Counted from the stretch's first letter, positions 40,001 through 55,000 are shown. The stretch is DNA of 64,000 nt from Ylistrum balloti (GCF_031769215.1 NW_026782197.1:248001-312000), one strand, 5' to 3'. Made by a program: numbers and translations. Notes: a model not told the origin generated them from the sequence alone.

Positions 40001-43000
40001 ATTCGTCAACTTTTCATTTAAACAACTTCTGAAATACCGAAAGGCGTAGAGTTATCATATCACATATAGTCCTAAGGTTTGCCCTGTGCTCATGCGTGCC
40101 ATTAAACATCCAATTTTTTACTGGCTGATTTGCTTTGAATAAATTTAGAATTTAAAGTAGGAATTCCTTAATTCAATTTTCTTGTCATTTGTCAATTTGA
40201 AGGTTTCTTTAAGTTTTGTTTTGTTTTTTCCATTCACTCAAAATTGAATTAACCTGGTGTAAACTATTTAGGAACACCATGGAAATGCAGTGCAGACAGA
40301 ATGGTTATCATTTTCAAGTGAAATATTGATCTACTTCTATATATCTGAAAAATGGTGATACTTCTATTTATTTTAAAACCATCATACCTATCTATTTATC
40401 TAATTATTACTGCTATTTATTTCAAAGTGGAGGTAGTACTTATAATTATCTAAAAAAAAGTTGGTACATAATTGTGTACTTCAATTTTAAAATGCTTATA
40501 CGTCTGTTTATCTGTAGAAAAAAAAGTCTGACAAAATGGCTGTCTTTCATGTTTGTAGATTGTGACATTGTAATGATTGTCAGAAGACATTTACAATTCG
40601 TTGATTTTGAATATTTATAGATGGTGTGTACAGAACTCCGCCAGCCGCAGACTGTTATCCCAGAATTCCCTCGCAGCCGATCAGCTACAATGATGCAGCC
40701 GACTTGATGAGGTATTATCTGCATGTAGCCATAAGTTGATGAATTTTACATTAATCCTAAAACCCTTTGATAGTGACCGACATGTCCAAAGTAAGCAGTT
40801 ATTTTAGAGTTGAAGAATTCAGTATTAGTAGAGCCATGTTCGTACACCAACTGTTTTCACCAATAAAGACAATTTCCCGGGGGAAAAACAGGTACAGTTC
40901 AGACAAATTTTCTGATGTACTTTCAGGCATATCTTTGGTACTGCTTTTGTAACATAGAAAAAGAGGTGAAAATAAGAGGGAATTTATGGTCTCAACAGAG
41001 GTACGTTTTAGGCACATTGTGGAATATACATTCTCCATTGAACATACCTAAAGTGTGCTACTTGTGTTCATGTTGAGGAATACCCTAAAAATACCTAAAA
41101 TGTGCCTCCTTGCTCTCTTGTCAGGGTGTACATAAAAAGTACCTATTATGTACCTCATGTGTCTAAAATGTGCCTCCTTGCCCTCTTGTCGGGGTATACA
41201 TAAAAAGTACCTATTATGTACCTCATGTGTGTAAAATGTGCCTCCTTGCTCTCTTGTCGGGGTATACATAAAAAGTACCTATTATGTACCTCATGTGTGT
41301 AAAATGTGCCTCCTTGCTCTCTTGTCAGGGTGTACATAAAAAGTACCTATTATGTACCTCATGTGTGTAAAATGTGCCTCCTTGCTCTCTTGTCAGGGTG
41401 TACATAAAAAGTACCTATTATGTACCTCATGTGTGTAAAATGTGCCTCCTTGCTCTCTTGTCAGGATGTACATAAAAAGTACCTATTATGTACCTCATGT
41501 GTCTAAAATGTGCTTCCTTGCTCTCTTGTCAGGGTGTACATAAAAAGTACCTATTATGTACCTCATGTGTGTAAAATGTGCCTCCTTGCTCTCTTGTCAG
41601 GGTGTACATAAAAAGTACCTATTATGTACCACATGTGTCTAAAATGTGCCTCCTTGCTCTCTTGTCAGGGTGTACATAAAAAGTACCTATTATGTACCTC
41701 TTGTGTCTAAAATGTGCCTCCTTGCTCTCTTGTCAGGGTGTACATAAAAAGTACCTATTATGTACCTCTTGTGTCTAAAATGTGCCTCCTTGCTCTCTTG
41801 TCAGGGTGTACATAAAAAGTACCTATTATGTACCTCATGTGTCTAAAATGTGCCTCCTCATTCCTAAAATGTAGTTCAAATATTAAAAACCAAATCTTAA
41901 AGCAAAAATATTTAGTGATATCATGACCACACATTGGGTATTATACCTAAGTAACGTATATACATTGTTATTGTAGATACCTGAAAGCGTTCAATACCCG
42001 CCAAAATACACGTCTCAACAGTCACTGATTCCTGTGACTTAAATCACATCCTTCAAACTTAAGGATGATTAGGTCTTATGCTTACAGAGGCAAATTTTCA
42101 CATGAATATTACAATGTGGAATTGATTAATTAAAATTTCGATGTTCTTTTGTAAATTTTTTCGATCTGACACATATACATGTTTACTTAGCTATACATAT
42201 ACACAGGATATGCCACTGAGTCTGTCATGAACTGTTCACTTTTTCATGTGAAAATGGAATCAAGTTTTTGTTTGTAATGGCATTTCTGTTCCTTTTAAGG
42301 TGTAGGCGGCATCAATTATAGGCCAGTAGTTTTCAGCAGTTTATAACGGGAAATACTGAAAAGAGCAATAGCGTTTGTTTATGTTTTGTTAAACATTTGA
42401 TGTCAGACCTCGTTAAGAACAATAAACAAACAAACAGACACGTTGGTCACCATTTACATCTATGTTTGAGGACAGAATGTTAAAATCTTACAGAAAGGGA
42501 AGATCTTGTGACGAAATAGAATGTAGACATGATAACATTTCCACCATGAAAGTGACAAACAAGACCATTCAGCATAACATGCCAAGAATGCACAGATGAT
42601 GAATTAATTCTAGACAGTGATATTTGATAGACCCGACGCATTCAATAATAGTGATATTACTAGGCTGGCCATATAATTATATTAATATATTACACAGTGT
42701 TTCATTACATGACAATGAAATGAAACTCTAAGGAAGAAATGTAATTGAATTAAATTATGTAAAACTTGTTTGGCAGATAAATGTGCTTTTGCCATGACCA
42801 ATGTAAAATGAACACCTGCCAAAAAAATAAAGTAAAAAGCTCCAGTGACTAGCAGTGTAGGAAATCATGTTCTGACAAAATGTTTTCTTAGAACTAGGTC
42901 AAATTGACCTACTTTTGGTACACAACACACTGCCTCACTGAGGTAGATCTAATCTGGTTATAGTGTAAAGTTCTAGTTACAAGTAGATGTGATCCATTTA

Positions 43001-46000
43001 GACTTTTCCTCTGATGTACAGATTTGTGCAAAAAGTGAGTATAATTTTCCCCCCATGTTATTTCACTTCCGGGTTCATTCTTAATGTTCAAAGGTCAAAA
43101 TGAAGGTCAGAGTGACCTACTTTTTATACATGACACACTACATCACCTAGGTGAAACCTGCACAGAGTATGAGATTCTAGTGACAAGCAGTATAGGAAGG
43201 CACAGCCCAGACAACATGAAGTGCAAAAGGAATGTAGAACACAATACCTTAGCCCCATGCCATCCTGTTTCCCCACGGGTTAACTGGGTTAAACAAAGAT
43301 TAAGTATCAGTCGTTTAAACTTATATCATATTATTTACCGTGATTATTTAATTGCAATCAGAAAATGCAGTAACATTTATCATTCTATTGGTTTAAAGTA
43401 CAAATCTATGACTAATATAGGACTGTACAATAATGGAAATGCGAGGACAAAGAGCCTATCAAGTTATGACCTGTGTTGGACATATTATCGTTTAAAAATT
43501 CTTCAGAAATGTCATGGAAAATTTCAATACTTTTCCTCATTTTTTAATTTTCAAAAGGAAGTCACTACATTTCTACATCAGAAATTACCTCACTGACTTT
43601 TAAGTCTGAACCTAACTGGAATGTCACATTGATAACACATTACTGCAAAATGTTTATTGGCATTAAAACTGTTAACAAATTTTAAAAGATGGCCTCAACT
43701 TTCTGATTCTTACCTTCTATCCTACTGCTTCATACTGACTCTTCTCTCAAATCAGATTTTATTTATTATAGTCAAACGAAAATATTGATCACATGAGAAG
43801 TAGAATGTAAACATTGACACAGTGATAATGTTGCACATTTTTTCATTTGAGTTTTTCTAAATGTCATAAAGTAATTTCCAGAATGTATGATATTTCATCG
43901 ATCTTTAACCCAGTGGTTTTGAATTTAATGAATTTCTCATGGATCTACTTTGATTTAATGTATAACATATTATGAATTACAAAGAGATACAAAATGTGAC
44001 CTTGACTTTGAACCCTTAGACCTTACATTTAATCGGACATTTCTCATATGATTTTCAGCTCCTCTAGGCCGATGGGTGTTTACGGTAGCAAATGAACAAT
44101 ATATAATCTGTTGTTGTTCTGATATCCAATACCAATGCCAGTGGCAATCTTTTGATTTGGAACTTTAAATTGTTTCCAAGAAATGTATATTTAGCACAAA
44201 TTCTGACTTTTTGTCTGTATTCTATCATCCATATACATCGATCATAATCCTAATCAATACTATCACTTTTTGTCTGTTGTCTGTCCATCATCCGTCACAC
44301 TGCCCTATTCCTCATTACCCAGTACTGCAATCAGCTTTGGTTTGTTGTCTGTCCATCATCCGTTTACATTAATCATAATCCTTATTAATGCAATCTATCT
44401 TTAGGTTGCAAGAGACAAAGTCTCAAGTGACCTTTTGCTATCGTCTTTTGTCTGGCGTCATCCGGCATCTGTCATGCATCATAAACAATTTTCATTTTCA
44501 ACTTCTTTTGGATAACCAAAAGGCCCAAGGTGTTGGTATTGAGCCAGTAGTATGCTGGGATGAAGTGCTACCAAGTTTGTTCAGTTGAATTACCTTGACC
44601 TATTTTGAAGGTCACAGGGGTCAAATATGTGAAAATGTTTTAACTACTTCTTCGCAATAACTCAATGACCAAGGGTCATGATATTAGGCTAGTAGCATGC
44701 TGGGATAAAGGGCTAATATGTTTGTTCAAATGAATGACCTTGACCTTCATTTATTGGGTTACAGGGGTCAAATTTGCTAAACTAAAATGACAGACAATGT
44801 TATCAGTACAGTTGAATCGATAATTAAGCCTTCAAACTTAGAAACAATAAAAACTTTGTATAAATTAGTTCTGTTCTGTCTGCCCTAATGTTTTGACTGA
44901 TGAACAGGTTCTAAAACTGTCCAAAGACCTGAAGACCTCAGGTCACTGTTAAGGCCTGTGAGCCTCTCATTATCTGTCGGAGCATTCTTATTGATATATG
45001 AATAAGATTAAGGAATTTCGATTTGCACAATCATGTTTTAACATAACATGTTCCGTGCAAAAATCACAAAAATTAGATTATGACTGGAAAATCTATAATT
45101 TCCGTATCTTATTGCTTCAATTATTCAACAGACAAAACAGAATTGCATGTGTACTAGTGTTATCTTTGAGGGGTGTAGTGATAGATTAGATTTATTTCCT
45201 AACCACAATAATGTTTTCAATATCTAGTTCATTTAAAGGAATGATTTCACATGAGCTCACAAGCAAGGTGGCTTTTGTGAATAGATGTAAGGTATTATGG
45301 GCAAACAATGTTTCTTTTTGTTTATACACACATTGAAGTGGTTAGACCATCATATGGAAAAAGCATTGGAAGCCATTTTGACGGAATGATAAATTATTTG
45401 CTGTACATGTAAAAACAGAACAGGTGTTAAACCTTGTAATGATCAACCCTTATACCTTGCTTTTTCAATATAATTTTTACCTGCCAAGCTCTGTCATTTA
45501 TATCAGCTATGAATACTATAACTAGACAGTTGAGTGCTTCAATAACACATCATGGTGTGACATAAAATGCTTAACTGTGACTTAAACCCATGATTCTATT
45601 CTATTATTTAGTGATGCCCAGGGGACAAACACATAACCTGACGTCAAGGGATGGCCTTAGTATCAGACAATGGAATGATTTGTATTAACACTAAAGAGTG
45701 ATACCATATGTTTTAATACACATGGGCTTATTAAGAAACATAGCCTTATTCCAAGATAATTATGGATCATTACATATATGTCTTGTACTAATAAAACCTA
45801 GAGGTATATAAATTTAGAAAACATAAAATTTTAGATAATTAGTGGAAATATGTATAACTTTGATCTTATTTTTACAGGAATATGGGAGGCCCTACGGCTC
45901 CTAATAAGTGGTTTGGTGGACTAAACATAACCTACAAACTGGGACCAGGTTACCTGGACGACAGGTAAGTAAAACATCACCTACAGACTGGGACCAGGTT

Positions 46001-49000
46001 ACCTGGACGACAGGTAAGTAAAACATCACCTACAGACTGGGACCAGGTTACCTGGACGACAGGTAAGTAAAACATCTCCTACAGACTGGGACCAGGTTAC
46101 CTGGATGACAGGTAAGTAAAACATTACCTACAGACTGGGACCAGGTTACCTGGATGACAGGTAAGTAAAACATCTGCAGACTGGGACCAGGTTACCTGGA
46201 CGACAGGTAAGTAAAACATCTGCAGACTGGGACCAGGTTACCTGGATGACAGGTAAGTAAAACATCACCTACAGACTAGGACCAGGTTACCTGGATGACA
46301 GGTAAGTAAAACATCTGCAGACTAGGACCAGGTTACCTGGATGACAGGTAAGTAAAACATTACCTACTGATGGTTGGAATGTCTATAATGATCAGAATAA
46401 TTAAACATTTATAAATAATATCAGAATTTTCAAACATCTATAATTATCACTGTTTGTGTATCTGTAGTTATCAGAATTTTCAAACATCTATGATTAATAC
46501 CTGTTTGTGTTTATTTCAGAACTGTTGAGTTAACAGTAAATAACAAAAATGACAAGCGTAATATTTCCAACCTGATAGCAGTGATAGAAGGAAAATATGA
46601 AAAAGGTGAGGTCTGCTAATGACTCTTAATACTGTAAAAATACTCACTGGTGTCCATATTGATTTTTTATTCATTTCCATCCAGAGGAATTTATTTCAAA
46701 CAAAGCCAGAGGAATTTGGTTAACTAGATGAAAGAAAAGAACACTCATCTAAAAGATGCAACAAAGATCATACAAAGGGGTGATAAGATACCACAGTATT
46801 CTCTCTGTCTGTCTCTTGCCCAAAGGTCACCTCCCTACAAAGGTCACCTCCCTACAAAGGTCACCTTGTCACCTCCCTACAAAGGTCCATTATGAATGTA
46901 CTTTGAACATCAAGGTCAAGGCCATGCAAGGTCACCTTTTCTATATGGAGAAAATCATCAACTGATTCAATTAAAACACTGTGCAACTTCATTCTTTCAT
47001 GGAACTCGGTCAAAATTTACGCAGTGGTTAAGTATGAGTATGCTTTGGACATTGTTCTGTTTCAGGGGTCAAAGGTCAAATCCATGATCACCTTTGTTAG
47101 TTATAGAAAATTATCATCTGATCCAACACTGAAACAAATTTTGTTTGGTGGCAGGGGCATTTATGTCTCACAGACACTTCCTGGTTTTCTGTGTTTTTAA
47201 AGGTTTCGTGTCTGTCCTGTGTCTGTCTCCTGCATCTTCTGTCGTCTATGTTTCCTCCTGTCTGTCCATCCTGTGTCAGGTTGTCTCCCTTTCTATTTGT
47301 TCTCCTAATCAAGTTTGACATACTGTGTTGACATAGAGGAATCAGTGTTGGGGACATTTTCCCTTCTGTTTGTCTAGGATTACGATCCCTCAGTGCCAGG
47401 GGAGTAATGGGACGCCTTCATTGATCCTGGCAACATCCTGATTGACTTTGAGAGTGTATAAGAAATCAGGTCATTTAATGCTATAAATTCACACCACAGC
47501 TGTTTGATCTGATGTCTAGACAGTCCAGGACATTAAGTAGTTAATTTAAGAAGTTAACATTTTCAAGTTGTATAGATTGAATTAACCCCGAAATAGAAAC
47601 TTTCCTCAACCTTTAAAAGATTCATATATGGTCATTATTTCCTGGTTTTGCTGGAAACTAATGACCTTAAAGTGTCACTGTGGGTATTTAATGATTTTGT
47701 AGAATGATTTGCCTCGCTGATTAAAACTTGGCCTCACATTCTCAGACTTTCACCCTTTCTATTACTGGTTTTTCCTGGGGATCCTTCTTTCAGGTGTAGA
47801 CATTACTTTCCAGAAAGATATAATTGACTTTGTGAATAAATAGTTCTGGATATTTTGGTATCAAATTGTTATATATATCATTGGTACAGTACATTTTAGT
47901 GGTGTGGATATTTTTCACAGACACTTAAAGTATACACACCAAACTGACAACTCCCACTTTATGTACATTTATGTTTCAGATAAATATGTTATTGTGGGGG
48001 CACACATAGATTCCTGGACTAAAGGAGCCGTAGACGCAGGGTCAGGCTACGCTGTTATCTGGGAACTGGCTCGTGCATTTACATCCAAAGTGGAAAAAGG
48101 TAAGCAACAGCACATAAGACTGACTAAAGCAGGGTGTGTACAGATATAAATATATCAGGGATTTTACCAATATCAACATAACTGGGTTTGAATAGGTCAG
48201 AATAAATATGTCAGGGTTTGTATGGACATAGATATGTCAGGGTTTGTATGGACAAAGATATGTCAGGGTTTGTATGGACATAGATATGTCAGGGTTTGTA
48301 TGGACATAGATATGTCAGGGTTTGTATGGACAAAGATATGTCAGGGTTTGTATGGACATGGATATGTCAGGGTTTGTATCGATGTAGGAGTTTGTGTAGC
48401 ATCCACCATCCAGCGTCATCTTTTCCACTTAAACAACTTTGTTTCAATAACAGACAGATGAAATGTCATGGTATTTGACTGGTGGGTTGCTGGTATGAAG
48501 CCTGACAAAGTTTGCCAAAAGAAATTACCTTGACCCTTATTCAAGGTCACATTGGTCAAATTTGTTAAAATCTTTAAACAACATCTTCTGACTAACCAAA
48601 AGAAGCATGGTATTAGGTTGATAGGTTGCTAGAATGAATCCCAACAGAGTTAAAGTGACCTTGATGCTTATTCGAGGTCACTGGAGTTAACTTTGTTAAA
48701 ACTTTTTAACAATTTCTTTTGACTTATCAAAAGGGCAGAACCATGGTATTTATCTTTAAGGTTCATAAGATGAAGCCTCACAAAGTTAGTAAAAAAAATG
48801 ACCTTGGACCATATTCAAAGCCAAAAGGATCAAATTTGGTAAAACATTTAAACCGTGTTTTTCAAAAACTGCAGAAGCATGGTATTTGCTTGATGGATTT
48901 CAAGGATAAATCCCAACAATGTTTCCAAAACAGAATGATCTTGACCCTTTTTCAAGGTAACAGGGGTAAAATTTGTTAAAACTTTAAAAAACAATTTCCT

Positions 49001-52000
49001 TTGACTTATCAAAAGGCACAGAAGCATATTATTTGGCTTAAAGGTTCTAAGGATGAAGGCTAATGGAGTTTGCGAAAAAAAAAAAAAAAAAAAGAATGAA
49101 CTTAAACCATATTCAAAGTCACAAGGGTCCAATTGTCGAAACTTGTGAGAGAATTTTTCTGGCTAATCAAAAGTCTGAGAAGCTGGATATTTGGTTGAAA
49201 ACTGTTTGTAAGTCAAAGCTGACAAATTACAAGAAAAAAAGAAATGACATTTGCCTATAATCCAGGTGATAACTGTCACCATTTAGACTCGAGTATAAGT
49301 AGCTGTTTTTTGCATAAATTCCCACTTTCCATGCCAACGGTGAACATATTATATATATTTATGATGAACAGTGGTTCTATTACTGTATAGCATTGAATAC
49401 CAGGTGAGCGATGCAGGCCCATTGGGCCTGATCTTGTTACTTACATTCAGACAATGCTAATGTCAGGTTCATCTTAGGGAATTATGGTGTCACCCATGTC
49501 TCTCTGCTCCGTCCCTGTCCTAATCATTTTGAAATCTAGAGAATATCACAACATGTTTGGTTAACCTAATAGTATCATAACATTTAGTTAAACCCTTTTT
49601 TTACATTGGTTTTGGTAGGTTGGCGTCCACGGAGATCCATTCTTTTTGCATTGTGGGATGCTACAAAATACGGTCATATTGGTTCATTTGAATGGGTACA
49701 GGTATGTATAGAGTCAGCACAGGAACACATCCCTGTGGAGCAAAATTGTCACAGTGTCCAGATCTATCTCGTTGTTGGTGTAGATTTCAATCCAAGTCAG
49801 AATATCTAGTTAGAGAAATTCTTCAAGAACCAACATCCAGTTCAGTTAATATGCATGTCTAGGTTCCACAACTACATTCAGAGGGATCCTCCATAGTAAA
49901 CAGAGCTATCTTAAGAAATAATAAACAAAAAAAAAAAATAAATAAATAAATAAAAAGGGGAAGCAACTCTTGTATTCTACATTCATTTATGTCTGGTTGC
50001 CACCATCAGGGCACAGCCTACATATTATGGTTGGATTTCATGAACATTTAATAAACATAGTTAGCAGTAGGTAACAGATATTATGAGTATAACATGTAAG
50101 AGCTTTGAAAAGGGACACAACTCTTACTGTATTGACTGCCAGTGATGTGATTGAAAGTTTAATAATTTAAGGTGCTGTATGAGTCTAAATAAAATGGATA
50201 AAATCTCACTGATGCAAGATAACTTTTAAAATTCACACAAATTGAGTCAAGGTATTGGAGATTACCATAAAAGATGTTATAAAGGAAAATGTATGTAAAA
50301 CATGTAGATGATATTTGTTATTAATTTTACAGGAGTATGAAAAACAGTTATTGACAGGAGCTGTAGCTTATATAAACCTGGATGCAGTCATTAGAGGTAA
50401 GATATATATGTAGGGTAGTGAATATCTACTTTTTATGTTGTATGGGATTTAGATCAAAAGATGTTGTGTTATTTTGCTTTTATCATATTAGGATCCATTA
50501 TCTGAGGTGAGATTGAACCTCACACACTACTTCAAAATAAGATGATGAGTTTTGATCCCTTATCAGATGGTGGGCTGTTCAAATTGCTGTCATCTGTCCT
50601 TAAAACTCAGAGTTTAAATCTTCAATGCATTGCTTAACAGATAACATAAGGAATGGAAATAACCCACCTGTTAGTGATCTTATCACCATTTGCAGGTGAA
50701 TCACGTATATGTTATGTAAAGATGTTTTGGAAGCTAATGTATAGGAATGCTGTGTCTGATTTCACTGCCAGTTGAGTGTCTAACTGAAATCTGACAATAT
50801 AATGATGTTTGGTGATCAAAGTCTGGCGACAGTTGTGGGCAGTGTATATGATGAATCATTTATCAAATTAAAGAAAAAATGATTTATCTGTTGATTCAGA
50901 CCACTCCCAGCAGGAAAGCTTGAACAGCTAAGTGACAATCACAAGTTTGCTGAAGTTGGGTTGGTTCACTTGACCATTTGAGTGGAAATATTTTTATTAG
51001 TGTGAGTGTATTGACAAATGAGACGTATACCTGTGGTTCAGGAACTTCAGCTTATATGGAAAGTTTTTGAAATTTGTAAACTTTGATTCAGAATTTCATC
51101 AGGCCACTTCATTGGCCCTGTTTATCTTTTATAAACTTGGTTCCTGATAAATTTGAACACCCTGGTGTATGCCTTCATTTTCATCTTTACAGGTAACTAT
51201 TCTTTTTCTGCTGAAGCAAGTCCACTGTTATATTCTGTCATCAAAACTGCGGCCAGTCAGGTACCCTGTGTCGACCCCGACTACCATGATATGTCTGTTT
51301 TACAGATGTGGACCAAGAAGTTCCCAGACCTAACCAACAGTACACAGCCAAGGTAGGGGGAGTCAGGTCCTTCTATTTTATTGTAGTTTGGGGGAGGCAG
51401 GTCTTTCTATTTTATTGTAGTTAGGGGGAGGAAGGAGGGTTGTAGTATACCAGCATCAGAACTTTTAACCTTGTTTTTAGGGCCCTGCATCGCGATGCAG
51501 GTGCCCTATAGTAATCACCTTGTTATTCATAACATATACCACTCTGGTAAAGAGAACCTATCATTACTGTGATTGGTTGAATGTAGTATGCCAAGAGTTC
51601 TTAGTTGAAGGTAGATAATAACCAGTTGGTTATAATTTATAGAAATTTATATTCAGATAAAATTGTCTTGTTTTTGTTCACTTACTGAGCACTATACATA
51701 CACAATGTAGTGAGTTGTGTTCTGATGTACAGTTGTAATTATACAGGATCAAAAAGACGTTAAACTACAGAAAAATTGTCCATAGTCAATAAACATATTA
51801 AGGGTTAATTCTATTTATAGTGCTGATAAGGAATTGTACATGTCATTATTCTATACCTGTAGGATCTCATTTTTACAGGATCTTTCCCTTGGAAGGTGAC
51901 AGTGACCATTCTCCATTTTACTATTACCTGGGTGTACCTTCATTTTCACCTGCATACACCTTTAATGTAAAGGTAAATGAAATTTAATCAGTATTACAGT

Positions 52001-55000
52001 GACTGTACTGCAACTATTTTTTACAAGTGTTCTTAATTAATGCTGATCAGGTCTGGCTAAGTATATTGAGGTCATGCTAACACTCATAAGGCACTAATGA
52101 TATTGGTTTATGATAATCGTCGAGGTAATTGTTGACATTATATTGGATTACAGCAACCTTTCTTATTATGTTCCTGGAAGGGATAGCATATAGTTACCGC
52201 TTTGTCCATCCGTCTGTCTGTCCGTTACAATTTTGTCCGGAGCTTAACACGAAAACTATAAGAGGTATCAACATGAAACTTCATACTTGGTAGATAAATC
52301 TCAACAATGAGAAGTGCAGTGCACCAGAATCATCTTTTTCTTTTGCATAGTTCAAAAGTTACTGCCCTTTGTTATTTTTCATACTTGAATGTTTGTCTGG
52401 AGCATTACACTAAAGATAGATCTCAACAAGAAGGAGGACAGTGAACAAGAATCATAACTCTCTTAATGCCTTTGTTATTTATCACGCTTAAATTTTGTCC
52501 AATACGGGAAGCATAACCCGTCTCTGATGGCCCTTGTTTACAAATGTGTCGTCATTTTAACATACCTGTACCAAGTGTGGAAAGCAGAAGAAATTAGGAG
52601 TACATTGACAATATATTTTTGTTCAGATATGTGCATAGTTTGTTTCACTGTAATCGATTAACAGAGGAAATTAACTTTATAGTATCTCTTCGGTTTTTAA
52701 AATGCTCAAAATGGTTATATCGTCGAAATTGTTGTATAAATGTAATTAAAGACCAAGGCAGCATTGTAGAATACAAACAATTTGAGTTATCTTGAACACA
52801 TCCCTGACAGTCTTTTCAAATGTTCACTGGATCTGTTTTAGATAACTTATTATTACTCAGCATGATTAATGTCTAGCAAATTGTATTGTGTATCATTTGA
52901 ATTGTGCATGTATTAACAGATGTGTTTTTTCACCAACTTTGTTATCAATTCTGTCTGTCTTTGGCCTTTTTGAATTTGAATGAATTAATGAATGAATTAA
53001 TGGATGAATTAAGTAATTTTCAAGCATAATACAGTTGGCTGTCTAAAATGCGTAAAAATTGTAGATAAATTAGATTTCATCAGCATTCACCACTGTTTTA
53101 AATAGTTAAAACTCTGATTGAAACCAATTAATTTAATCTGTCACAGCTCTACAAGAATCTACCCACTTACCCAGCCTACAGTACACTGGAGGATACCATT
53201 AACTATCTACAAGTGTTCATTGATCCCAGAATGAAACTGCATGAAACTGTCTCCAAGGTTGTGTCCGATGTTATACTCCGACTCGCAGACAGTGCCATCA
53301 TTCCATTTGACATACAAAATTACATCAGCATTTTCGAAAGTGGAAAAATTTACTTGCACTCTTTGAAATCTGTCTTTGTAGTTGCAAATGTCAACCTAGG
53401 TAAGTCTAGATGATGTAGAAATCAAATTGTTGTGTATAAAATCAAGAAGAAATAATATTAGTTTGTTGAATTGGAATTTTTGTAAAAATTAATGAAGTAT
53501 TGTCAATTTTCAAACTTTAATGTCAAGTTGATTAAGTGTAAAACCGTACCATGGAATTCGGCGACGTAATAGTTATTTATGATTATTGTATTAACAACTC
53601 TGATTTGGAAATGCCTTTTTTAATTTAATGAAATTTTTTTTCAGATACATTAATTTCAAGAATTGATGATTTCACAAAAACCGTCGTCACATTTTCATCA
53701 AATATTACAAATATAGATGTTTCTAAATTAAAGTAAGTACATTTTCCTATCACTGATTATAATTATATGATACACGATAAATCAGTTAGTAAGCATATTT
53801 TGTTTGTTTCACTGATTAAAAACAGTCAAAGGTCTGTCATATATAGTGTATAAATAAACCAGTATTTCCAGTCATGCATTGTACATCAAGTTAAAATATA
53901 CTTTCCTTACAAATGACCTCCCCATTCTGAGATGACTTGACTGTTCATGGCTAACAAAAGAATTGTTTTTCTACATCAGGATGAAATAACTAGGGAATAT
54001 AGTATTGCCCTTGGCTATGAGCATATAGTTTAACACATATTTGACATGTCCTGTTCTAAATCAGGGTCATAGCTTTAGAACCTGTAAAGGTGTTTTTTTT
54101 CGTAAATAGCACATTTATGTATAGCATCATGTTCTACGAAGAAATTTGATAATTTGTGCGTATTCATCAAACAATTATATTTATATACAAGTGTAGGAAT
54201 GTGGCATTCCTGTCTGTGAGATATTGTCTGATGTGATTCTTGTTTGTATGGTAGTATGTTTTTATAAGTGATACTTATATAGGTATTAATATCTTCTATG
54301 TTTCAGTGAATATGAAATACATCATCTTAATCACAAACTCATGCAGGTACCACGGGTATTTATAGTAGACAAAGGGTTACCTGGACAGTCACAGTACAGG
54401 TAGGTCATCTACAGGTACCACGGGTATTTATAGTAGACAAAGGGTTAGCTGGTCGGTCACAGTACAGGTAGGTCATCTACAGGTACCACGGGTATTTATA
54501 GTAGACAAAGGGTTACCTGGACAGTCACAATACAGGTAGGTTTTCTACAGGTACCACGGGTATTTATATTAGACAAAGGGTTACCTGGACAGTCACAGTA
54601 CAGGTAGGTCATCTACAGGTACCACAGGTATTTATAGTAGACAAAGGGTTACCTGGTCAGTCACAGTACAGGTAGGTTATCTACAGGTACCACGGGTATT
54701 TATAGTAGACAAAGGGTTACCTGGTCAGTCACAGTACAGGTAGGTCATCTACAGATATCACGGGTATTTATAGTAGACAAAGGGTTACCTGGACAGTCAC
54801 AATACAGGTAGGTTTTCTACAGGTACCACGGGTATTTATATTAGACAAAGGGTTACCTGGACAGTCACAGTACAGGTAGGTCATCTACAGGTACCACAGG
54901 TATTTATTGTAGACAAAGGGTTACCTGGTCAGTCACAGTACAGGTAGGTCATCTACAGGTACCACGGGTATTTATAGTAGACAAAGGGTTACCTGGACAG

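Noticed and set aside
43084-43596. 170 aa ORF
   Set aside because: It overlaps a decayed repeat element and shows no domain motif.
44895-44940. CTGATGA as a hammerhead ribozyme core
   Set aside because: No correctly placed GAAA or closing helices. None was found near the Penelope fragment either.
50505-50525. Minus-strand tRNA T-arm-like hairpin
   Set aside because: The loop is one base short and there is no A-box or cloverleaf. No tRNA gene is supported.
53645-53732. Calling the gene a transferrin receptor (TFRC)
   Set aside because: The RGD motif is absent and three Zn ligands are retained. Orthology cannot be fixed without a tree, so no gene symbol is given.
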